From an uncultured Candidatus Saccharibacteria bacterium (GTDB lineage Bacteria > Patescibacteriota > Minisyncoccia > Minisyncoccales > Staskawiczbacteraceae), in contig CAYZNK010000001.1 of the NCBI GenBank assembly GCA_964479955.1, positions 144,091-208,090 on the forward strand: a DNA stretch of 64,000 nucleotides, written 5' to 3'. Within the stretch, counting starts at the first letter, position 1, and each line of letters opens with the position of its first letter. Of the stretch, positions 18,546 through 26,554 are shown piece after piece. The notes beneath the pieces were generated by a model. That model was not told the origin of the DNA. It saw only the letters and a program-made list of their open reading frames with translations, and made no database searches. The position numbers were made by a program, and so were the translations under genes.

Positions 18546-20516
18546 ATGAAAAGATTTTTAGTTGTTTTATTTTTATTTGGATTTTTATTATTTCCTTTTA
18601 TTGGTTTTGCAGATTGTAATAAGGATGGAACAACTATTATTTTTATAAATGGAATTTTTGGTAATGAGGCAGCGGCAACGAATGACAAAAAATTACTTGA
18701 AGATACATTTTTTAGATATACTCAAGATAAAAATGTTAAGTTTATTAATGGTTTTAATCCATCGCATGTTGGAAAAATAGGGGATTTAATAAAAGCAGTA
18801 ATGCAGGCCTATGGAAACCAGGATTTGGATTTTGACTTAACAACCATTTTAAACCAAGTTCACAGCCAAATTGAAACAAGAAAAGTTTTGCTTGTGGGTC
18901 ATTCCCAGGGAACTTTTTATACCAATTCAGCTTATGAATATCTGGTTAAAAACGGAGTTTCTCCAAAGTCAATTGCTGTTTATAACATTGCAACTCCCGC
19001 TGATTATGTTGCAGGCAATGGCAGTTATATAACTTCAAGCACAGATAAGGTTATAGAATCAATTGTCAGAGAGCTTACAGAAATTGGCTCTGCAAAAACA
19101 CCGCTTCCCTCAAACATAACAATAGAGCTGTCAGAACAGGAGCAAGCAGATGCTTTTGGTGGACATTCTTTTAGCGGGGTGTATCTTGATGCTGTTCCTG
19201 GTAGAATTATAGGAGATATTTATGATTCTTTGCAAAGCCTTTCTGCAGAAGATAAAAATGATTTAAATGAATGTTTTGAAAAGCCAGGAGAAAGCGTTGC
19301 TTATAAAATGCAAAAATTGGGCCTTGGATTTTTAGATAGCGGATTTAAAACAGCATCAAGTCTGGAGGCAACCGATTTTGTAACAACATCACAAGAAACT
19401 CTGGCAAAAGTATTCAACTGGGGAAAGAGGGTTGTAAGCTATATCGCAAAAGTTTTTGAAAATGGCGGTTTACTTCAGGCGGCTTTGAATAATTTGCAGG
19501 ATAACAATGAAAATAACGGCCAAAATGAAGAGCCGTTTTTTAATGAACAAAACAGCAATTATTCAGAGGAATTATCAGAAGACAGTAAAGACTTTGAGGA
19601 TTTTACAGGAATGGGCGGGCCTGACCCGGATTTGGTTTTTGAAACAGAATTAGACGACCTGTTAGATGAAATTGAAGAAAAGTTAGATGTAATCAATCAA
19701 CAGATAATTGAACTGCAAAGTCAAAACAATGAAAACCAAAAAGAAGACGTCCAAAAAGACAAGGAAGATGAGGATAATAAAGATGGGAAAGAGGACACCC
19801 AAGAAAACGATACAGAGGAAGAAGGCGCAGACCCCCAGGAAATCGTGAACACAACCGGAGGAGGGACCTTAGTAAACTATTTTAAAATCTTGATTTCTGA
19901 AGTTCAAGTTTCAGGTGTGTCTGATTCAAAAGAGGAATTTATTGAGCTTTATAATCCAAACAATGAGACGGTTGACCTAACCGATTGGTATTTGCAGAGA
20001 AAAACAAAAACAGGTTCAGGGTATTTAACACACGCCTCAAAAAATTCATTTTTAGGGAAGAAAATAATGGCCAAAAGTTATTTTTTGATTTCAAGGTGTG
20101 GATATTTTGAAACTTTGTCTGATATCTGCGTTGATAACGCTGTTTCAGATGATAATTCGTTTGTATTAAAAAATCCGTCCGGAGATATATCAGATAAACT
20201 TGGGATAGGAGACGCTCAGGAATACGAAAGTTTGCCGACTCAAAATCCATTGCAGGGCAAAAGTCAGACAATAGGCAGAAAAGTTAACACAGATGGTTCA
20301 GAGCAAGAATCGGACAATAATTTTATGGATTTTGAACTGCAAAATCCAACTCCAAAAGCAGAAAATATTGTTTTTACAGAAACCATAACTCCTAAGGAAC
20401 CCGAATTAAAAAAAATTCTTATAAATGAAATACAAATTGCCGGCACGGAAGACAAAAAAGCCGAGTTTGTTGAGCTCTATAATCTTAATGATGAGGATAT
20501 TGACCTAATTATTTGA
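18546..20516 (+). CDS. Secreted multidomain surface protein, N-terminal segment: signal peptide, lipase-like alpha/beta-hydrolase (GHSQG), acidic linker, lamin-tail domains; frame is interrupted at 20514
   Basis: Signal peptide MKRFLVVLFLFGFLLFPFIGFA. LVGHSQGT nucleophile elbow. A D/E-rich low-complexity linker. LTD motifs EFIELYNPNNETVDLTDWYL and EFVELYNLNDEDIDLI. It ends within the second LTD. Confidence 0.7.
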   Translation: MKRFLVVLFLFGFLLFPFIGFADCNKDGTTIIFINGIFGNEAAATNDKKLLEDTFFRYTQDKNVKFINGFNPSHVGKIGDLIKAVMQAYGNQDLDFDLTTILNQVHSQIETRKVLLVGHSQGTFYTNSAYEYLVKNGVSPKSIAVYNIATPADYVAGNGSYITSSTDKVIESIVRELTEIGSAKTPLPSNITIELSEQEQADAFGGHSFSGVYLDAVPGRIIGDIYDSLQSLSAEDKNDLNECFEKPGESVAYKMQKLGLGFLDSGFKTASSLEATDFVTTSQETLAKVFNWGKRVVSYIAKVFENGGLLQAALNNLQDNNENNGQNEEPFFNEQNSNYSEELSEDSKDFEDFTGMGGPDPDLVFETELDDLLDEIEEKLDVINQQIIELQSQNNENQKEDVQKDKEDEDNKDGKEDTQENDTEEEGADPQEIVNTTGGGTLVNYFKILISEVQVSGVSDSKEEFIELYNPNNETVDLTDWYLQRKTKTGSGYLTHASKNSFLGKKIMAKSYFLISRCGYFETLSDICVDNAVSDDNSFVLKNPSGDISDKLGIGDAQEYESLPTQNPLQGKSQTIGRKVNTDGSEQESDNNFMDFELQNPTPKAENIVFTETITPKEPELKKILINEIQIAGTEDKKAEFVELYNLNDEDIDLII

Positions 20517-20547
20517 TGGAAAAATTATAAGGGGGAAAAACTATTTT

Positions 20548-23088
20548 TTGATATCAAGAGAAGAATACCTCGCAGATAAAGCGGATATTTTTGTTGTTAA
20601 TCCTCTAACCGAAGATAATACTTTGGTTTTAAAGAGGCCCGATAAAAGCATTTCTGATAAAATTGGTTGGCAGAATGCAACTGATTTTGAAACAACCCCT
20701 GCTTGTTCTTTTGCTGACGGCCAAAGCATTGAAAGGAAAATAATCGGCAAAGATACAGATAATAATTTTGATGATTTTAGGGTTTCTGGCGCTCCAAGCC
20801 CAAGGGAAAGCTTTATTAAGGCTGGAATTGAAGACAAAACAGATTATGACAGCAGCCTTAAGTGTGATGACGGAGTTTATTTTTATGAGTTAAGCTTAAG
20901 TTGGGATTCAACATTGCCTGATGTTGAATTTTTCCATTTGCAATATAGATTAAATAATGGGGATTGGCAGGATTGGTTTTTAGAAACAAAAGAAACATCA
21001 GCTAATTTTAAGGGTTTTTATTCTTTGATTGAGGAAGAAAATTTGTATTCTTTTAGAGTAAAAGCGCAGGATATATATGGAAATGAATCTGATTGGCAGG
21101 AAATAGACATTGATTTATCGGTTCCTGTTGTGATTAATGAAGTTGCTTTATTCGGAACAATTGCCGGCAACAGCGACAATTGGCTTGAGCTTTATAATAG
21201 GTCAGAAAATGATGTTGATTTGACAGGATGGCAGATAACTTTTGAAGGAGGAAGCATTTTGTTATCAGAAAAAATTCCGGCAAAAGGATTTTATGTTTTG
21301 GAAAAAGGGGACGATAATGTCTTAGATACGCCCGCTGATAGTATTTTTGAAAGCGGTTTTTCAGGCAGATTTCTTTATTTGAAAGACAGTAAAAACAGGC
21401 GTGTTGACGAGGTTTACGACAATGGAGACTGGAACTACTGTAATGTGGAACAAAATAATTTTTCGTTGGAAAGGATAAGCCCGTATTCTTTTGGGTTTGT
21501 TAAGGAAAATTGGAAGCTTAATGACTCAAAAAAAATGAACGGTAAAGACCGGGATGGAAATTCTGTTTACGGCACTCCGGGAAATGAAAACAGCCATTAC
21601 CAACTATATACGGTTTTGCCAACTGGTTTTGGCAGAGATATTGTTTTGCCAAAAAATTTAAGCCCTTATACGTTTTTTGAAAATACAAAAGTTTTTGAGG
21701 GCACAAAGTTAACAGTTTCCGAGGGGACTGTTTTAAAGGCAATAAATCCGTTTGGCAAGATTGTAATTGAAGGGACATTAAAGGCAATTGGCAGTTCTGA
21801 AGAAAAAATCGTTTTTACTTCTGTTCTTGATGACGAGTTTGGCGGAGATACAAATGATGACCTTTCAGAAACTGTCCCAGGCCCTGGAAACTGGTTTGGC
21901 ATAGAGTTTACCAAAAAAAGCGTGAATTCTGAGATAGATAATGTTATTTTCCGTTATGGCGGGTCATCTTTGATTGAATTTGGCGCTAGCGTGAAAATAA
22001 ATCAAGCTGCTGTGAAAATAAAAAATTCAATATTTGAAAATAACCTTAACAAAGGATTATTTTTGGTAAATTCATCATCTGAAATTGAATCAAGTCAATT
22101 TTTAAATATGCAAGAATCCAGCCCAAACACCGGATTTAATGCGGTGGGAATTTCTGTTTTGGGCGGAGCGGATATTATCAAAGACTGTTATTTTAAAGAA
22201 AACAATTATGGAATTACAGTTGAAAATTGGAATGATGAAAACGGTGAAGTTTTTAATTCTCAAGTTTTAATACAAAATAATAATTTTGAAAAAAACGGAA
22301 AGCCAATATATGCCGGGACCCTGAATAGTCCTGTTTTTTCAGACAATAAAGCTGTAGAAAACGATTGCAACGCAATTGTATTTTTCAGGCATGCAATAAC
22401 AAATGATTTAACCTTAAGGCCGGATTTGCCATATTCGGCAGATGGGTTCTTTTTCGTTCCGGAGAACGCAACATTAAGCTTGGAGCCAGGAGTTGTGATG
22501 AATCTTTCTGGAATAAATATTGACGGAACATTAAAGGCAATAGGAACACAAGAAAGTCCAATTATCTTTAGGGATTATTATTGGGACCAAGAGTGGGCTC
22601 AAAGGCCAGGCAAGTGGCATGGTTTAAGATTTTCAGAAGCAAGTAAAGATTCAGAGCTTGAAAATATTGAAATATCTTTTGCCGGGGATAATTCGCTTGA
22701 AGGGCGTGAATTTGAGGCGGCAATAAGGGCAGAAAACTGCAATATATCTTTAAAAAATTCAAATTTGTATGATAATCAAAATAACGGGTTGTATTTGATA
22801 AACGCAGATGCAGTTGTTGATACGGTTGTTTTTAAAAATCATACTGAAGTGGGATATCTTGGGGCAAGCGCAAATGCAATACATATAAAAGGAGGCAAAA
22901 CAGAGGTAAAAAACTCATATTTTGAAAACCAGACATTCGGTATTTATCTGGAAAAATGGATAGACCCTGATGGCAATGAAATTCTTCCTGATGCCAATTT
23001 GCATACAGACCCAGATGACCCTGAAAAAAATATTTTTGTAAATACTATCACTCCGGGAGGGGATATCTTTGACTCCACTCTTCCTTAA
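20548..23088 (+). CDS. C-terminal segment of the same surface protein: LTD remainder, Fn3-like region, third LTD, right-handed parallel beta-helix (PbH1) repeats
   Basis: The +1 frame, open from 20509, continues the interrupted LTD (KNYFLISREEYLADKADIFVVNP...). A third LTD (NWLELYNRSENDVDLTGWQI) follows. The C-terminus carries many N/G-rich PbH1-type repeats. Confidence 0.7.
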   Translation: MISREEYLADKADIFVVNPLTEDNTLVLKRPDKSISDKIGWQNATDFETTPACSFADGQSIERKIIGKDTDNNFDDFRVSGAPSPRESFIKAGIEDKTDYDSSLKCDDGVYFYELSLSWDSTLPDVEFFHLQYRLNNGDWQDWFLETKETSANFKGFYSLIEEENLYSFRVKAQDIYGNESDWQEIDIDLSVPVVINEVALFGTIAGNSDNWLELYNRSENDVDLTGWQITFEGGSILLSEKIPAKGFYVLEKGDDNVLDTPADSIFESGFSGRFLYLKDSKNRRVDEVYDNGDWNYCNVEQNNFSLERISPYSFGFVKENWKLNDSKKMNGKDRDGNSVYGTPGNENSHYQLYTVLPTGFGRDIVLPKNLSPYTFFENTKVFEGTKLTVSEGTVLKAINPFGKIVIEGTLKAIGSSEEKIVFTSVLDDEFGGDTNDDLSETVPGPGNWFGIEFTKKSVNSEIDNVIFRYGGSSLIEFGASVKINQAAVKIKNSIFENNLNKGLFLVNSSSEIESSQFLNMQESSPNTGFNAVGISVLGGADIIKDCYFKENNYGITVENWNDENGEVFNSQVLIQNNNFEKNGKPIYAGTLNSPVFSDNKAVENDCNAIVFFRHAITNDLTLRPDLPYSADGFFFVPENATLSLEPGVVMNLSGINIDGTLKAIGTQESPIIFRDYYWDQEWAQRPGKWHGLRFSEASKDSELENIEISFAGDNSLEGREFEAAIRAENCNISLKNSNLYDNQNNGLYLINADAVVDTVVFKNHTEVGYLGASANAIHIKGGKTEVKNSYFENQTFGIYLEKWIDPDGNEILPDANLHTDPDDPEKNIFVNTITPGGDIFDSTLP

Positions 23089-23138
23089 TAAAAAAGCCCC
23101 CAGAATTCCTTCTGAAGGCGTAATTGGTTTCTATGGGG

Positions 23139-23582
23139 CTAACTGCAGAGAGATGCCCATCTCCTGAAGAAAGATTTCTTCGGTTTTGGGTTAAAATCAG
23201 TGCTTACTCCCCACAAATTACCACTTTGAATAAGCCCCAAGATCTTGTCGCGAAGCTTGTTCAAATTGCCTGCCGACCTTGCCTGTACGGCAATGGTCAA
23301 TGTACGGCAGGCGTACTTTACATCGTTTGCAAACCTGCCCTCTTTGACAAGCTCTTTGAACCCATCGCTACGCACTTGGCCCCAAGCATCACCGAGGTAA
23401 AAATATGCCAGAGGAGGCTCTCTGTGGCGGATGTTATCAAGGGGGTCCCTAGATGAAACCTCAATCTCCTCTTTCCAACTCACTGTCATACCTTCTGGCA
23501 CAACAAAGTTTTCTGGCAAGGAAACAAATTGAAGTTTCCTTGCAACCTCCCCCTCGCTGTTTAAAAGAACCAAACTAGACAT
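23139..23582 (-). CDS. Hypothetical protein (147 aa) in GC-rich island, strong SD
   Basis: AAGGAGA SD 6 nt before an ATG. About 48% GC against a roughly 32% background. A divergent promoter lies upstream. No recognisable domain. Confidence 0.5.
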   Translation of the reverse strand: MSSLVLLNSEGEVARKLQFVSLPENFVVPEGMTVSWKEEIEVSSRDPLDNIRHREPPLAYFYLGDAWGQVRSDGFKELVKEGRFANDVKYACRTLTIAVQARSAGNLNKLRDKILGLIQSGNLWGVSTDFNPKPKKSFFRRWASLCS

Positions 23583-23679
23583 AGCCATTCTCCTTTCTTC
23601 TTTGCGTCTTGAGTGGTCTCAAGATCGCTAGTGGAGTGAACAAATCCTATATATTATATATATCACATAAATATTATTT

Positions 23680-23720
23680 TTGTCAATAGAATTGACATAA
23701 ATATAAAAATGAATTATATT
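23680..23720. promoter_or_regulatory. Divergent promoter pair sharing the palindromic operator TGTCAAT-aga-ATTGACA; each half-site is the -35 box of one promoter
   Basis: Plus strand: TTGACA (23692-97), 17 nt, TATATT (23715-20). Minus strand: TTGACA (rc of 23682-87), 18 nt, TG-n-TATATA. Perfect 7-bp inverted repeat with a 3-bp spacer. Confidence 0.55.
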
Positions 23721-23782
23721 TTATGTCAGGTGAATGCGCGTTGCATTTACAACGTTCTTTGTTCTTTTTTTGGAGGTGCGTT

Positions 23783-24061
23783 ATGGCCGACACAACTAAA
23801 CTGGCCGATACGTTTCCCGCGCTGCGCATTGTTGTTACGGTAAGCCCGCAAAATCTGTACGTTACTCTCGAGCATTGCAACAATTTGGGGCTTCTTCCCA
23901 ATGTGTGTGGCTATGAACCTCGGGGGAATCTTATTTTGTTTCAAGTTCTTGTGCCCGACCTTTCTTCTGGCGCCGAAGAAAGATTCAGTGCGGAAATAAA
24001 TCAGTTTGGCGCGAGAATTTGGAAAGTAACCAAAACCAAACTGATATGTCCGGTTTTCTGA
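23783..24061 (+). CDS. Hypothetical protein (92 aa) in GC-rich island, strong SD
   Basis: GGAGGTG SD 6 nt upstream of the ATG (MADTTKLADTFPALRIVV...). About 50% GC. Followed by a rho-independent terminator. Confidence 0.5.
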   Translation: MADTTKLADTFPALRIVVTVSPQNLYVTLEHCNNLGLLPNVCGYEPRGNLILFQVLVPDLSSGAEERFSAEINQFGARIWKVTKTKLICPVF

Positions 24062-24074
24062 TAGCCAACACTAG

Positions 24075-24113
24075 CCCCCTGCGTATTTAAAAGAATACAT
24101 AGGGGGATTTTTT
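24075..24113 (+). terminator. Rho-independent terminator (ccccctgcgtatt / aatacataggggg plus T-run)
   Basis: GC-clamped stem with a small internal loop, followed by attttttat. Confidence 0.6.
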
Positions 24114-24219
24114 ATGGTATTTTGACTTTTGGTTTTTTATTTGATAAATTTAAAATAATTGGCGCAAAAATGCGCGTATAGTTTTGTTTATGCTTTATAT
24201 TTTTTGAGCAAGATAAATC

Positions 24220-24813
24220 ATGAAAGAGGATTTTTTAAAATTAACCAGTTCTGCCTACAGATTGTCAGAGTATTTTCCAGAGTCAGACCCTTTGAAGGCA
24301 AAAGCAAAAGAAAGAATTTTATCTGTAATGGAAACGCTTGTTGCAATTGGGTGCGAGGCAAATTGGGCTGTTTTAGGAGTTTCAAGCCAACAGCGAATAA
24401 TAGGGGATATTGACGCTCTTTTGGGATATTTTGAAATTGCCAAAAATCAGGAATGGGTAAGCTCAATAAACTATCTGATAATTTCAGGAGAATATAAAAA
24501 GATAAGAGATGAAGTTTTGCAGGTTAAGGTTGTTAAAGAAACAATAGCAGATAATAGTGATAAAGAAACGGTTATCAGGCAGAATATAATAGTTGGTGAT
24601 TTAAAAGAGCAAAAATCGCAAAAGTTTTCTGAAAGACAGAAAAAAATAGTTGACTTTTTAAAAGAAAACAAAAAAGCCCAAGTTATGGATTTGCAGGCAG
24701 TATTGCCAAACATAACAAAAAGGACAATAAGAAGGGATTTGGACCAATTATTGGCAACAGGGGAGGTTATCAGAATGGGGGAATTTAATCAGGTATTTTA
24801 TAAAATAAGTTGA
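24220..24813 (+). CDS. Putative transcriptional regulator with C-terminal winged-helix (DeoR-like) HTH
   Basis: C-terminal RQKKIVDFLKENKKAQVMDLQAVLPNITKRTIRRDLDQLLATGEVIR is a DeoR-type HTH signature. N-terminal helical domain of unknown function. Confidence 0.55.
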   Translation: MKEDFLKLTSSAYRLSEYFPESDPLKAKAKERILSVMETLVAIGCEANWAVLGVSSQQRIIGDIDALLGYFEIAKNQEWVSSINYLIISGEYKKIRDEVLQVKVVKETIADNSDKETVIRQNIIVGDLKEQKSQKFSERQKKIVDFLKENKKAQVMDLQAVLPNITKRTIRRDLDQLLATGEVIRMGEFNQVFYKIS

Positions 24814-24821
24814 TGAGTTTT

Positions 24822-24870
24822 GATAGGACATAGTAATGTCAGATAGGACAAAAATATAAGAGATAGGACA
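24822..24870 (+). repeat. Three direct repeats GATAGGACA spaced exactly 20 bp apart (24822, 24842, 24862); putative regulator-binding array upstream of the ECF sigma gene
   Basis: Exact 9-mers with 20-bp periodicity, starting 9 bp after the stop of the HTH gene. Confidence 0.6.
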
Positions 24871-24891
24871 TTTTTACACAAAATAATAAAA

Positions 24892-24990
24892 TAGTCGTAT
24901 TTCCCTTGATTTATTTTTGAGTTTATAGTATAATAAAAAATCATTGAAAAGATAGATATGAATATTATTTTTAGTCGGGAAATACGACTA
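24892..24990 (+). promoter_or_regulatory. 14-bp inverted repeat tagtcgtatttccc ... gggaaatacgacta flanking an AT-rich promoter-like segment (tatagtataat) upstream of the ECF sigma gene
   Basis: Arm 1 at 24892-24905 and arm 2 at 24977-24990 are exact reverse complements. The second arm is itself palindromic (tagtcg-N7-cgacta). Confidence 0.4.
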
Positions 24991-25007
24991 AATAGCATAA
25001 TTAAAAA

Positions 25008-25505
25008 ATGGACGAGATTAGAGAACAATTTAGCCGGATTTATGACCAATATATAGGCAAAATATACAGGTTTGTTTATTTGAAGGTTAGCTCAGAAGAA
25101 GTTGCGCAGGATATTACTTCCAAGGTGTTCACAAAAGGCTGGGAAGCCTATCAAAAAGGGGTTAAAAACCCAGGGGCTTTTCTTTATCAGATAGCCAGAA
25201 ATTCTGTTATTGATTATTATAGAGAAAAAGGTAGGACAAACACAGTATCTTCGGATTCAATTCCTGAATTGCAAGATAATAGCAAAAGCATAGAAGAAAA
25301 CGCTATTTTGGCTGCTGATGTAAAAATGGTAAAAACAGCCCTATTAAGGATAAAAAAAGACTATCAGGATGTCCTTATTTGGCATTATTTGGATGATATG
25401 CCGATAAGCCAGATTGCCGAAAATCTTAATAAAAAAGAAGGGGCGGTCAGGGTAATGATACACAGGGGCCTAAAAGACCTAAAAGATATTATTCAATCCT
25501 CCTAA
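25008..25505 (+). CDS. RNA polymerase sigma-70 factor, ECF subfamily
   Basis: Sigma-2 region (YRFVYLKVSSEEVAQDITSKVF) and sigma-4 HTH (DDMPISQIAENLNKKEGAVRVMIHRGLKDL). Confidence 0.85.
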   Translation: MDEIREQFSRIYDQYIGKIYRFVYLKVSSEEVAQDITSKVFTKGWEAYQKGVKNPGAFLYQIARNSVIDYYREKGRTNTVSSDSIPELQDNSKSIEENAILAADVKMVKTALLRIKKDYQDVLIWHYLDDMPISQIAENLNKKEGAVRVMIHRGLKDLKDIIQSS

Positions 25506-25584
25506 ATATTGGGAGGTCGGACCTCCCAATGACTAAAATGTAACAAAAGTGGGATTTTTTCGTCATACTTATAAAGGACATAAA

Positions 25585-26340
25585 ATGGCAAAAATAACCG
25601 AAACACAACTTATTGACACATTGAAAGGACTTAAAGATATCAAACCCAATAAACAATGGGCTGTTTTGCTTAAAAGCCAGATATTAGATTGTGGGGCAGA
25701 AAAGCAGGTTGAATTTAACGCCGCAGATTTTCGGACAAACAAAGCAGGAATTGGAGAGATTGTTTTAAGAATGTTTTCTCAAAAGAAACTTGCTTATGCT
25801 TCAGCAACTTTTGCGTTCCTGGTTATTGGAATTTTTGGATTTGCAAGATATACAATGCCGGGCGACATATTTTATCCTGTTAAGAGAATAGCAGAACAGA
25901 CACAGCAAACTCCGCTTCAGATTGCATATAACAGGTCAGAAGATTTGATTAAAGTTGTAAAAGAAAATAAGACTCAGAATTTGGCTCCGGCAATAACAGA
26001 ATATAAAGCCAGCATATCGGATGCAGTTAAAAATTTATCAGACAGTTTGGTTGTTGCCAAGGGAGGGGATAAAAATGCTGTTGAAGAGATTATAAACGAA
26101 GTCAAAAAAATACAGGAAAACCAAAAGCAATTGGAAACTTTAGGAGTAAATATTGAAGATTCAGAACAGATTTCCGAGCTTGATGCTGCATTGTCTTTTA
26201 TAGTTGAAAATCAGATAGCTGATTTGGAGGATTCAACCCTTACAGATAAACAGCAGGAAACTTTGGAGAAGGTAAAAGAGTTGTTTATGCAGGGAGAATA
26301 TTCCCAGGCACTGGAAGAAATTTTACAGATGTCAGAATAA
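25585..26340 (+). CDS. Putative anti-sigma factor (single-pass membrane protein downstream of ECF sigma)
   Basis: One TM helix (LAYASATFAFLVIGIFGFA) and a coiled-coil-rich periplasmic domain. Synteny with the ECF sigma gene. Confidence 0.45.
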   Translation: MAKITETQLIDTLKGLKDIKPNKQWAVLLKSQILDCGAEKQVEFNAADFRTNKAGIGEIVLRMFSQKKLAYASATFAFLVIGIFGFARYTMPGDIFYPVKRIAEQTQQTPLQIAYNRSEDLIKVVKENKTQNLAPAITEYKASISDAVKNLSDSLVVAKGGDKNAVEEIINEVKKIQENQKQLETLGVNIEDSEQISELDAALSFIVENQIADLEDSTLTDKQQETLEKVKELFMQGEYSQALEEILQMSE

Positions 26341-26375
26341 AATTTAAAAACATTGTTCCGGGGTGTTTGCGTATA

Positions 26376-26421
26376 CCCCGTTAGAAATTTACGATTTTAA
26401 AATGGCAAATTTCTAACGGGG
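26376..26421 (+). promoter_or_regulatory. Stable stem-loop (15-bp perfect stem ccccgttagaaattt/aaatttctaacgggg, 16-nt loop) in the long leader upstream of the surface-protein gene
   Basis: Exact reverse-complement arms. No U-tract follows. It sits roughly 130 nt upstream of the ATG at 26555. Confidence 0.45.
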
Positions 26422-26554
26422 TAAATCCCGGGCAAATTATAAACAATGGACAAGTCGCAGATTCGTTGTTAGTACGTAAAGCAATGAGTCAATATGGTCG
26501 ACCGGCGAGAAATAAAATTATTATAAATTTAACTAAAGAAATACACACACAACA

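Noticed and set aside
20514-20516. TGA recoding (genetic code 25, UGA=Gly) to bridge the two halves of the LTD surface protein
   Set aside because: TGA terminates many well-delimited genes in the window (ftsA and others), and long ORFs are intact under code 11. Reading through the TGA in frame also yields a sequence that does not continue the LTD domain. A +1 frameshift explains the data better.
23124-24061. Plus-strand ORFs 23124-23456 and 23723-24061 (first Met) as called by the track
   Set aside because: 23124-23456 is antisense to the SD-supported minus gene. For 23723-24061 the SD-supported start is the internal Met at 23783, so the N-terminal extension was rejected.
24822-24870. Possible CRISPR array
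   Set aside because: There are only three 9-bp repeats with 11-bp spacers, far below CRISPR repeat and spacer lengths, and no cas genes nearby. They are interpreted as a transcription-factor binding array.
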